Shown here one piece after another: positions 19,479 through 28,170 of a stretch of 64,000 bases of DNA. Each line of letters starts with the position of its first letter. The stretch's first letter is position 1. This DNA comes from Polyangiaceae bacterium. Lineage in GTDB: Bacteria > Myxococcota_A > Polyangia > Polyangiales > Polyangiaceae. The position numbers and the translations under genes are program-made. The stretch covers positions 448,001 to 512,000 of the forward strand of contig CBDCTZ010000016.1 of the NCBI GenBank assembly GCA_965222375.1. Direction: 5' to 3'. Below the pieces are notes generated by a model, which had not been told where the DNA came from, made no database searches, and saw only the letters and a program-made list of their open reading frames with translations.

Positions 19479-20129
19479 GTGAAGCCGGCGCAGGTTGCTC
19501 AGCTCCTGATCGTGGCGATTGCCGCGGTAGCCGTATACTCCTTTGCGCGGACCGCTCGGGATGCCGAGAACCGCCGCGTCTGCGCGCCGCTATGCGCGCT
19601 GGCGCCTAACTACGCGGCGCGCAACCGCCGGGCGCCAGATTTCGACCTTGCGTCCTTGGATGGTGATCGCAGAAAGCTCTCCGACTTTCGCGGCAAGGTC
19701 GTGATCATGAATTTTTGGACCAAGACCTGTCGGCCCTGTCTTGAAGAGATGCCCTCTCTGGCAGAGCTGGGGCGCATGTTGAAAGCAACCAAGGGCATCG
19801 AGCTAGTCACCCTGTGCACGGATGAAACCGCAGACGACGCCCGAGCCACGCTGCAGTCGGTCATCGGTACGAAAAAGCCACCTTTCATCGTCTTGATGGA
19901 TCCCGACGCCAAGGTGGTGCGTGAGGTCTACGGGACGAAGCTATACCCGGAAACCTGGTTCATCGACGTCAATGGCGTCATACGCGCGCGGGTGGATGGT
20001 CCCCGGCGTTGGAACGAGCCCCTGACGGTCGGTTTTGCAGAGTCCCTCAAGGACCCGCTGCCATGTGACATCGAGTTCCGCGCAGCTCGCCCGATTGGCT
20101 CCCTCGCCAGCCTATGCGGCACGGACTAG
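19479..20129 (+). CDS. TlpA/ResA-family thiol-disulfide reductase
   Basis: APDFDL, VIMNFWTKTCRPCLEEMP, YPETWFID. Confidence 0.92.
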   Translation: MKPAQVAQLLIVAIAAVAVYSFARTARDAENRRVCAPLCALAPNYAARNRRAPDFDLASLDGDRRKLSDFRGKVVIMNFWTKTCRPCLEEMPSLAELGRMLKATKGIELVTLCTDETADDARATLQSVIGTKKPPFIVLMDPDAKVVREVYGTKLYPETWFIDVNGVIRARVDGPRRWNEPLTVGFAESLKDPLPCDIEFRAARPIGSLASLCGTD

Positions 20130-20815
20130 TTGCTTTTGGGCGAACAGAGGTTGATGTCCGGGAGCAGGTTGCTCGGTCTGCACTTCAGCCCGCCAGGGCA
20201 CGTCGAGTCGCCGCAGATCACGCGTCGGTCCTTGGAGTACTCACACTCGTGGGCCGGCTTGCACTGAATATCATTGTAGGCCTGGCCAAACTGCGGCGAA
20301 TTGACCAGCTGGCCGCAGCAGACGGTGCCATTGATGCAGTCTTCGGGACCGTCGCACAAAACGACCGTGCCTGGAAAACATGGCGCTGCGTTGGCTTGGC
20401 AAGTCGGCGTGGGTACAGCGGTGCCGCTCAAGAAGACACAGCAGAAGTTGCTGGGGCGCTTGCAGTTGTTGATCCCGCCGCAGGAAACGGCGCCCGCAGC
20501 CGGGTTGCCTCCCGTGCCATCGCCACCCATGCCAGCACCACCGCCGGTGTTGACTTCTCCGCCCGTCCCAGGCTCGCCACTCGTGCCTTCCCCGCCCGTC
20601 GCACCGCTTCCGCCACTCGCGGTGGTTCCACCGGTGCCGTTGTTTCCAGAACCGCCGCTCGCGAGCCCGCCGTTCCCCGAACTGCCCGCGGCGGAACCCC
20701 CAACCGCCGCGCCGCCGCCTGTGCCGGACTGAGTCGAACCAAACAGTCCCGCGTCGCTACTGCTACCACATGCTGCAAGGAGCAAACCGCAACTGACGGC
20801 GAGCATTCTCATCAC
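20126..20815 (-). CDS. Gly-rich, Cys-rich lipoprotein
   Basis: Lipobox LAAC, Gly linker, CDGPEDC...VCC. Confidence 0.75.
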   Translation of the reverse strand: MMRMLAVSCGLLLAACGSSSDAGLFGSTQSGTGGGAAVGGSAAGSSGNGGLASGGSGNNGTGGTTASGGSGATGGEGTSGEPGTGGEVNTGGGAGMGGDGTGGNPAAGAVSCGGINNCKRPSNFCCVFLSGTAVPTPTCQANAAPCFPGTVVLCDGPEDCINGTVCCGQLVNSPQFGQAYNDIQCKPAHECEYSKDRRVICGDSTCPGGLKCRPSNLLPDINLCSPKSN

Positions 20816-20923
20816 GGACCTCCAGCTCGAGGCGAGCTACGCTGCCCCCTCGACGGTGGGGCAACATAGCAGATGACACCGCCTCGCGCAGCGATTGCGC
20901 CCGGGTTCAGCGGCCTCCGGCGT

Positions 20924-20969
20924 CGATCAAGCCCTGGTGCACCGTCCGCCGCGATCAAGCCCTGGTGCA
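20924..20969. repeat. 18-bp direct repeat cgatcaagccctggtgca x2 in a divergent intergenic region
   Basis: Copies at 20924-20941 and 20952-20969. Confidence 0.8.
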
Positions 20970-21004
20970 ACGCCCGCTGCGGGAGTTACACTGGCCAGCC
21001 CGGC

Positions 21005-21283
21005 ATGAAGACCCTCGTTTGCCGCTGCGAAGACGTGACGCTCAGTGAACTAGAGCACGCGCTCGAGCTGGGCCATCGCGACATCGAGTCCGTCAAGCGC
21101 TACACCGGTTTTGGTACTGGTTGGTGCCAGGGCAAGGGCTGCCTCGCCATCTGTGCGCGGCTTCTCAGTGCTCGGGGCGGAGAGGTGGCCCAAGGCATTA
21201 CGCCCCGCCCGCCCTACCACCCGACGTCCTTCGCCGCGCTGGCAGGGCTAGACCCAGACTGGGGATACGAACCCGAAGACTGA
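21005..21283 (+). CDS. BFD-like [2Fe-2S]-binding protein (SoxA/HcnB C-terminal-like)
   Basis: VCRCEDV...KRYTGFGTGWCQGKGC...RPP. Confidence 0.88.
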   Translation: MKTLVCRCEDVTLSELEHALELGHRDIESVKRYTGFGTGWCQGKGCLAICARLLSARGGEVAQGITPRPPYHPTSFAALAGLDPDWGYEPED

Positions 21284-21320
21284 CCTGCGCTCCCCGCGCG
21301 CAGTTCCCCCTATCAACCTG

Positions 21321-23936
21321 ATGCGAATCGCCTATCTAGTTGGGTCCGACGACGCTCCGCGCAGCGTAGGATCATCGGCCAGGCAGGACTTCGTGGAGCT
21401 CCTGGCTGACTCGCATCTTCGTTTCACCAAGCGGGAGCTGGAACCCGAAGACGGCTTGATCGAAGCCTTGGATGGCGAGTTGGCTCGTCGCCGCGAGCCC
21501 GGGCACGCGTTGTTGGTCTTTTCGGGAATGGCGACCACTGCGGGAGAGGACGTCGCCTTGCGCACGTCAGACTACGAAGCATCGCTGCACGCCATCGGTC
21601 AATCGCTGGACCGAGTGCCCATGGACGTGCTCGTGCTGCTGGACCTTCACCATGAGGGCCCGGACGATCCCTTCCTCGCTGCCGAAATCGTGCACGCGGC
21701 CAAGGAGGCCCTGGAGGGTACGGACGTGGCGCTCGTGGTCGCGGCTTCAGCGTTGGAGTCCGAGCGCAAACTGCCCGCCGCGCCCCTGTTGCACTGTCTC
21801 AGCGCAACCCTACGCGGCGCCTTTAGCGCGGTGGACACCCGAAGCATCTCGGCCGCTGATCTGTACGAGCGGATGCGTGAGGCAAAGGGCTTCGAGTTGC
21901 TGTCTGCGGTTGGCTTCATGTCGGCCGCCAAGGCTTTCCCTTTGCTCGTGCCGCCAAACGTCATCGTCAACGATCCCGCGAGCATTCCCCCGCCTCCGTC
22001 GTCCACGGGCGCCACCCCGGAATCCATTCGCAACGGCAACGCTCACTTCGACGCGGGGCGTCACGGCGAGGCGATCACCGAGTACAAGAAGCGGCTGCTC
22101 TCCCTCGGCCCTCGGGACCCGGAACGGGCCGACGTCTACTTCCGAATCGGGCGCTGCAAACAGGAGCTCTCCAGTCTGGCTGAGGCCGCCCACAACTTCG
22201 ACAAGGCCCTGGCCCTGGATCCCATGCACGCCGGCGCCCTCGACGGCGCCTGCGACGTCCTGGCGGAGCAGAAGGACTTCCGACGCCTGGAATCGATGCG
22301 CCGCAGGCATCTCGATGCGTTGCAAGACCCCGAGCTGCGCGAGGCTCAACTGGCGGCTATCGCTCGGGCCTGGGTCGAGGACGCCGAGCGCGCTGAAAAG
22401 GCCCTGGCGACCATCGAACAGTGGGCAGAGGAATCGTCGAGTCGTGACCCCCTCGACATGTTGGTGCGTGCCCAAGACCAGATCGGACGCGCACCGGCCC
22501 GAGTAACGGCGCGTCGGCGGCTTGCTGAGCGACTGGAGGGGGTCGAGGCAGCGCAGACTTTGGTGGATGCCGCTCGGATAGCCCAAGCCGAGCTACCGGG
22601 CGGCAAGGAAGCTGTCGTGCTGTGTCGAGAAGCACTCGCCGAACACCCTGAGACGCTCGAGGCGCTGGAAATCGCGTCGGCGGTCTTGGGCGCGGGTCGG
22701 CGCTTCGACGATTTGATTGAGGTGTACGAATTCGTCATCGAGCGTAGTTCGGATGCAGAGCTCGGCTGGGATCTGAGCAAGAAGCTCGGCATGCTGCACC
22801 GTGACGTACGGGATGATGCCGAAGGTGCGTTGCGCGGTTTCAAGCGTGCGGCGGAACTGCGGTCGGACGACGTGGAGCTTCTGCTCTGGATTGCCGAGCT
22901 ACACCAAGCTGCGCGTGACCACGACTCCGCCGCCGACGTTCTGCGTGCTGCCGCCCGGGTTCGCCCCCAGGATCCAGACATCGTGAGGCGCGCGCTCTGG
23001 GCCTTCGAGAAGGTTCGCGCTGACGACAGTGCTTGGAATGCCGCCTGCATTCTCGACCATCTCGGGGAGGCCGACATCAACGAGTCTCTCAATGCCGACG
23101 CGCATCAGCCCGAGGGGTTGATTGCCGCACGAACGACGTTGAGCGACGCGGACTTCGAGCTGTTCGCGCCGGAGCGGGATGAGCCTCTGGGTCGCCTCCT
23201 TGGTGTGTGTGCGCCATCGGCACTCCCCCTCTGTTTCGACGAGTTGAAAGAGGCGGGCGAGCTGCTGGATTACGAGAGTGGCGCTCTGCAGGAAGCCGGA
23301 AGCACCACGATGATCGCGCGGAGCTTGAGTTGGACCTGCCGGTTGATGGGTATGGAAACGCCGCCGCTCTATGTCGTCAGCGACTTTCCCCAGGGCACAG
23401 CTGCCCTCGCCCTGGACGAGCCCGTGGCAATCGCCGATCGCGCCTTGGGCAGTGGCCTGGAACTGTCGGAACTCGCATTCTTGTGGGCGCGCGCCTTGGC
23501 CAACCTGCACGGCGCCAACGGTTTCCTCTGGGCTTGCCCTTCGCCCCAGCGCCTGGCCAAGGTCGTGGTCGGCGCGCTGCTCCTGTCGGATGCACCAGGG
23601 TTGGAAGATCTCGATGGCCCACCGCGGCTCTTCGCTGAAGCCCTGGAGGAGCGCATGAACGACGGCGAACGCGACGAGCTCGCCGAAGCTTCCAAGAACG
23701 TCTCGACGCGTGGCGCCCGCGCACGCATCGAGCGCTGGCTCGACGAGACGGCGCTACTTGGGGGGCGGGTCGGCCTGCTGCTGAGCGGGGATGTCCGTCG
23801 GGCGGTGGACGTAGTTCGTCGCTTTCCAATCAACGGAATTCCCGTCGGGCGCCAAATCGACGACCTGTATCAGTCGACCCTATCCGAAGAACACACGACC
23901 CTGCGCCGCCGTCTCGGAATCAACGTACACGCTTGA
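21321..23936 (+). CDS. TPR protein with a degenerate caspase-like N-terminal domain
   Basis: TPRs (YFRIGRC...AHNFDKALALDP); N-terminal LLVFSG / VLLDLHH / LVVAAS / ISAADLY pattern. Confidence 0.75.
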   Translation: MRIAYLVGSDDAPRSVGSSARQDFVELLADSHLRFTKRELEPEDGLIEALDGELARRREPGHALLVFSGMATTAGEDVALRTSDYEASLHAIGQSLDRVPMDVLVLLDLHHEGPDDPFLAAEIVHAAKEALEGTDVALVVAASALESERKLPAAPLLHCLSATLRGAFSAVDTRSISAADLYERMREAKGFELLSAVGFMSAAKAFPLLVPPNVIVNDPASIPPPPSSTGATPESIRNGNAHFDAGRHGEAITEYKKRLLSLGPRDPERADVYFRIGRCKQELSSLAEAAHNFDKALALDPMHAGALDGACDVLAEQKDFRRLESMRRRHLDALQDPELREAQLAAIARAWVEDAERAEKALATIEQWAEESSSRDPLDMLVRAQDQIGRAPARVTARRRLAERLEGVEAAQTLVDAARIAQAELPGGKEAVVLCREALAEHPETLEALEIASAVLGAGRRFDDLIEVYEFVIERSSDAELGWDLSKKLGMLHRDVRDDAEGALRGFKRAAELRSDDVELLLWIAELHQAARDHDSAADVLRAAARVRPQDPDIVRRALWAFEKVRADDSAWNAACILDHLGEADINESLNADAHQPEGLIAARTTLSDADFELFAPERDEPLGRLLGVCAPSALPLCFDELKEAGELLDYESGALQEAGSTTMIARSLSWTCRLMGMETPPLYVVSDFPQGTAALALDEPVAIADRALGSGLELSELAFLWARALANLHGANGFLWACPSPQRLAKVVVGALLLSDAPGLEDLDGPPRLFAEALEERMNDGERDELAEASKNVSTRGARARIERWLDETALLGGRVGLLLSGDVRRAVDVVRRFPINGIPVGRQIDDLYQSTLSEEHTTLRRRLGINVHA

Positions 23937-23941
23937 GTGTA

Positions 23942-24076
23942 TTGGTTGGTTTGGGGGTCGAGCGATGTGGCGGCGTTGCTGCCCTAATCTCGCGCTAGCG
24001 CTCGCGCTGCGATCGCGAGGGGAAGCGCGGGAGTAGCGCCCTCGCGCGCACCAATGCTCGACCCCCCAAATACCAA
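23942..24076. repeat. Long intergenic palindrome, dispersed REP-like family member, between convergent genes
   Basis: Arms ttggttggtttgggggtcgagc and gctcgaccccccaaataccaa; inner ctcgcgct...agcgcggg stem. Confidence 0.75.
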
Positions 24077-24102
24077 ATCCGTTGGATTCGAGTCGGCCCC
24101 GC

Positions 24103-24465
24103 TCAGTCGCCTTCGTATTCGCATCTCACGTCGCAGGTTTCGAAAACGGTGATGCGGGACAGGGGCGCGAGTTGTGGCTTGATGCGCTGCCACAGCCAGC
24201 GCGCGAGGATTTCGCTGGTTGGGTTTTCCAGGCCGTCCACTTCGTTGAGGTAGCGATGGTCCAGGGCGTCGTAGATCGGCGCCCAGATCTCGTCCAATGC
24301 GCCGTAGTCGATGAACCAACCGCTGCTCTCGTCGACGGGTCCGTCGATGGCGATTTCAATTTTGAAGCTGTGCCCATGCAAGCGCTGGCACTTGTGGCCC
24401 TCGGGCACGTTGGGCAAGCGATGGGCGGCTTCGAATCGGTATTCTTTGACCAGGCGGACGTTCAC
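24103..24465 (-). CDS. queD: 6-carboxytetrahydropterin synthase
   Basis: FEAAHRL, HKCQRLHGHS, LDHRYLN, ENPTSE, VFET. Confidence 0.97.
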   Translation of the reverse strand: MNVRLVKEYRFEAAHRLPNVPEGHKCQRLHGHSFKIEIAIDGPVDESSGWFIDYGALDEIWAPIYDALDHRYLNEVDGLENPTSEILARWLWQRIKPQLAPLSRITVFETCDVRCEYEGD

Positions 24466-24508
24466 GCGCAGGAGCTTAACACCGAGCTAGCGGAGCGAAA
24501 GGGGGCCA

Positions 24509-26107
24509 CTAGGGACGAGGGCTGGCGAAGAGTACACCGGGGTTCAGGATGCCGACGGGATCGAGGCGTGTTTTCGCGTGCCGCATGCTGTCGCGATAGA
24601 GGGGCGGCACTTCCGTCTCGTAGTAAGGACGGCAGTCACGGCCCACGGCATGGTGATGGGTGGTGGTTCCTCCCGCCTTCAACACGGCCTCGGTCACGGC
24701 GGCCTTGATCTCGTCCCATTGTTGCAGCTCCGCTCCCAGCCGCGCTGGGGCAATCACGGTGAAGTAGGGCGCCGCTCCGTCTGGGTAGGTGTGGGTGACC
24801 CGGCAAGTGACGATCGCCTGGGTCCCGACGAGCTGCCGTGCTGCCGCCTTCACGGACTCGTCCAACGCGTCGAAGCGATCCCAGGTTACAGCTGTTTCGT
24901 AGGTTTCCACGAACACGCCCCGGGCGACTAGTTCATCTCGGAGATAAGGGGCGCGCAAAAAAGCCTGGCGCCACGCGCCAGCAGCGCCCGCTCCCGACCT
25001 CTCACTGACGTCCGTACGTATGTCACCGGGGTCGGCCTTTCCACCCAGATCGCGGCACAGCTCGACGGCTCGATCGAGCCAGGCCGCCAGCGTGTGATCG
25101 TGCGACTCGAAGCCGACGAGCAGCAGCGCGTGGCTGCCGTCCCCGGCGCCGTTCATCATGGCCTCCACGGGATCGAGCAAGCGGGCATTCGCTGGGAACA
25201 GACCACTCTGGGAGAGTGCGCGCAGGCCCTTCGCTCCGGCCGCGAAACTCTCGAAGCGAACCGACGCTTTTGCGCGGAACTTGGGTCGCTCGAACAGGCG
25301 GACCCAAGCCTCCGTTATCACGCCGAGGGTGCCTTCCGATCCGATGAACATACGGTTCGGATCGGGTCCGGCACCGGAGCCTGGCAAACGTCGGGTTTCG
25401 ATCAGCCCGGACGGAGTCACCACGCGCAGCGACTGAACCAAGTCGTCGATGTGCGTGTACACGGTGGCAAAGTGTCCACCGGCTCGGGTCGCGATCCAGC
25501 CGCCTAGGCTCGAGAACTCGAAGGATTGCGGATAGTGGCGCAACGTCAGGCCGTGGGGCTTGAGTTGCTCTTCCAGGGCAGGCCCGAGCACACCGGCTTG
25601 CACCCGCGCCGCGCGAGACTGAGTGTCCACATCCAACACTTGGCTCAAACGCCCGAGATCCAAGGAAAGCGTGCCCTTGTATGCGCCAGAGACGACGGGC
25701 TCCACCCCGCCGCATACGCTGCTGCCACCACCGTAGGGCACCACCGCGATTTGCGCGTCCGCACAGGCATCCAATAGGCGCACGACGTCGGCTTCCGTCG
25801 TTGGGTGTGCCACGAGGTCGGGCGGATTCGCGTAGTCCCGGTCGAAGGCGCGAACCAGATCCCGATACGACTTGCCGAAACTGTGGCTGGCTCGGCTGAG
25901 GGGTGACTCGTCGCAAAGCGCTTGGAGGGACTCTGGTAGCGAAACCCTCGGCGCCCGCAGAGTGAGTTCCTCGACGCGCGGCTTGGGCTGGGGCTCGGCG
26001 CCCTGCATGCCCAAAAGGCCCGTAAGCGCCCCATCCAGCATCGCGAGCTCGTTTGCGCTCGGCGACACGTCCTCGTAGCCCCAGCCCCAGAATCGTCGCT
26101 GCCGCAT
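24509..26107 (-). CDS. FAD-binding oxidoreductase, alkyl-DHAP-synthase-like
   Basis: VPYGGGSSV, HYPQSFEFSSLGGWIATR, GSEGTLGVITE, THHHAVG, LNPG. Confidence 0.9.
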   Translation of the reverse strand: MRQRRFWGWGYEDVSPSANELAMLDGALTGLLGMQGAEPQPKPRVEELTLRAPRVSLPESLQALCDESPLSRASHSFGKSYRDLVRAFDRDYANPPDLVAHPTTEADVVRLLDACADAQIAVVPYGGGSSVCGGVEPVVSGAYKGTLSLDLGRLSQVLDVDTQSRAARVQAGVLGPALEEQLKPHGLTLRHYPQSFEFSSLGGWIATRAGGHFATVYTHIDDLVQSLRVVTPSGLIETRRLPGSGAGPDPNRMFIGSEGTLGVITEAWVRLFERPKFRAKASVRFESFAAGAKGLRALSQSGLFPANARLLDPVEAMMNGAGDGSHALLLVGFESHDHTLAAWLDRAVELCRDLGGKADPGDIRTDVSERSGAGAAGAWRQAFLRAPYLRDELVARGVFVETYETAVTWDRFDALDESVKAAARQLVGTQAIVTCRVTHTYPDGAAPYFTVIAPARLGAELQQWDEIKAAVTEAVLKAGGTTTHHHAVGRDCRPYYETEVPPLYRDSMRHAKTRLDPVGILNPGVLFASPRP

Positions 26108-26148
26108 GGCGGTACGCTAGCACTTCTGCCCCGTCGCCCCGTCTTCGC

Positions 26149-28170
26149 TCAGTACGGTGCGCTGACCTTGGCGCGTTTCGCGGCGATCCGCGACTTGAAG
26201 AACGAAACGTATTGGGCGTGGCCCTCAGGGGCGAAAATCAGGTCTCCGTGCACGGCGGTCTTGTTGCCGTTTATCTTGTCAAACTGGCACACCACGCCAG
26301 TGCCGCCCCCGGGCAGGTTGCCACTGACGGGCGCCTTCACTTCTACCAAGCCCGAGGCCGCCGTCACTGGATGCATGACGCCCAGTCCCGCCGCGCGCGC
26401 CAGCGCTTCGGTGGTCGAGTTGGGCACGATGGTGTCGTCCACCACCTGCTGCAGCAGAACATCGCGCCCGCTGCCGCCGCTCACCCCGTCGAGGGTTTCG
26501 AGAGTGGCGTAGCGCGCGAAGTTCAACGGGTCGCCGGGGTCCACGATGGCCTGACTCAAGGCCATGACCCGCGCGATGGCGCCGAAGGGTGTCGTGGTTG
26601 GTGCCAAGGTCTTCAGAAACAGGCTGAAGAGGTTCGAATCCCGCAGCAGCATCGTGAGTCCGGCGCCGCCCACGTTCCAGGTTGCCGCCTCGATCTCCGG
26701 GGCCAATGAAAAGATGGTGGCAGCCTGCACGGCGCCGAAGGAATGGCCGATGTAGTAGAAGGCGGATACGTCCAAGTCAGGGATTCCGTCGGGTGCCGGC
26801 TGGCCCGAGGCGTCCAAGGGCAGCAGGTCCAGGGTTTTCAAGCTCTTGGCGAAACGGACCAGCTCCAACTGGTCGGCCGCCATCTGGCGGAAGTTGTCGC
26901 GGGCGCGCTCGACGTCGAACTCGTTGGTGTCCTCGTCGATCCCGAAGAAGCCGAACACGCTGCTGATCAGATTGGTTTCACCCTCGCTGCGCGAGCCGTG
27001 CTCGGGTGAGTCGATGGCAAGAACCGCGACCCCCTTGTCAGAAAGGCTTGCGAGGCGCTGGGAAGTGCCCCAGCAGCCGTCCTTATCCCCACCCAGGCCG
27101 TGGGCGTAGAAAACCAGCGGTCGTGGGCCGCTTTGGGTCGCGTCGGAAAAGGCCAAGAATGTCTCCAGGCTTTCGGTCTTTGCGACCTTGGGGCGCCCCT
27201 GGGAGTCGAGCTGCCACTTGCCTTCGGGCTTGGCGCTTCGGAACTCTGGCGCTTCGAAACTTCCCACGAAGCGCACCCGAGTGTCCGCGCCACTGAGCGG
27301 GGACTCGACCTCGAAAGCATCGACTTGTTTCGGTGGCGGAGCGGCGCGGCGGGCTTTGGCCATCTCTACGACGCCAGTGACCGTGCTGGCGGTCGTGAAT
27401 AGCGTGGCCGCCACGACACTGCCTGTTTTGAAGCCCACCGACTTCGAAGCAGCGGCTATCGCGCTGCGCAGGCTCTTCGAGTAGTCGTCACTGGCGCTGC
27501 TGAGTGCGGCTTGCATCAGCGGCTCGGCGCCCACGGGAGTGCCGTCGTGGGCGAGGAGCTTGTCGGTGACGATCAGGGCGTAGCGCGTCCCGGGTCGAAG
27601 GGGGACTGCGGGCTGTGCGATGAGCGTGAACTCGTCTTCTGTGTAGAAACCGTCTTCCGCTTGTTCGAAATATCGCGGCACGATGCCCACGGGCTCCGCA
27701 AACTCGGGTGAGTCTTCGTCCACGTTGACCAGGAGCAGCGGCGCGTCGGCCTTGGTGTACTCCTCCGCGTCTCGCACCGGGTCTAGGATGGGAGGCTCCG
27801 CGCCCGGAAGTTGATCGATGCCGCGCGGATCGATAGGCGCCGAAAAGCGAATGAACACGCCACCGGTAGTGGAAAAACCGTCCAAGCTGGATAGCTGCTC
27901 CAGGGTCTCCGGCAGCTCCATGGCCATCGCATCCGCGGTGGTCGCCTCCGAAAGATCGACGCGCAGCCCGGTCGCCGTGCCCAGATCGGCGACCGTGTAT
28001 CGATTGGACGGAAAGGGCGTCAGGTCCGTTTCTGCCGCCGCGCCGTACAACACCACGCTGGTCTTGGGGGCGATGATTTGGTCCGCCTCGCCGTCGCCGC
28101 AAGCTTGGGCGAACGCCAGCAGGCCCAAACAACCTGCGGCGCGCAGCATCATTCGAATTCGAGTCGCCAT
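26149..28170 (-). CDS. Lipoprotein alpha/beta hydrolase (Pla-1/Cef-like lipase)
   Basis: Lipobox AQAC, PFPSN, LDGFST, YAHGLGG, IDSPEHGSR, RDNFRQ, GHSFG, DTIVPN. Confidence 0.8.
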   Translation of the reverse strand: MATRIRMMLRAAGCLGLLAFAQACGDGEADQIIAPKTSVVLYGAAAETDLTPFPSNRYTVADLGTATGLRVDLSEATTADAMAMELPETLEQLSSLDGFSTTGGVFIRFSAPIDPRGIDQLPGAEPPILDPVRDAEEYTKADAPLLLVNVDEDSPEFAEPVGIVPRYFEQAEDGFYTEDEFTLIAQPAVPLRPGTRYALIVTDKLLAHDGTPVGAEPLMQAALSSASDDYSKSLRSAIAAASKSVGFKTGSVVAATLFTTASTVTGVVEMAKARRAAPPPKQVDAFEVESPLSGADTRVRFVGSFEAPEFRSAKPEGKWQLDSQGRPKVAKTESLETFLAFSDATQSGPRPLVFYAHGLGGDKDGCWGTSQRLASLSDKGVAVLAIDSPEHGSRSEGETNLISSVFGFFGIDEDTNEFDVERARDNFRQMAADQLELVRFAKSLKTLDLLPLDASGQPAPDGIPDLDVSAFYYIGHSFGAVQAATIFSLAPEIEAATWNVGGAGLTMLLRDSNLFSLFLKTLAPTTTPFGAIARVMALSQAIVDPGDPLNFARYATLETLDGVSGGSGRDVLLQQVVDDTIVPNSTTEALARAAGLGVMHPVTAASGLVEVKAPVSGNLPGGGTGVVCQFDKINGNKTAVHGDLIFAPEGHAQYVSFFKSRIAAKRAKVSAPY

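Noticed and set aside
24103..24465. 7-deazaguanine DNA-modification (dpd) defence island
   Set aside because: queD is alone; there is no dpdA/tgt, queC, queE or folE nearby.
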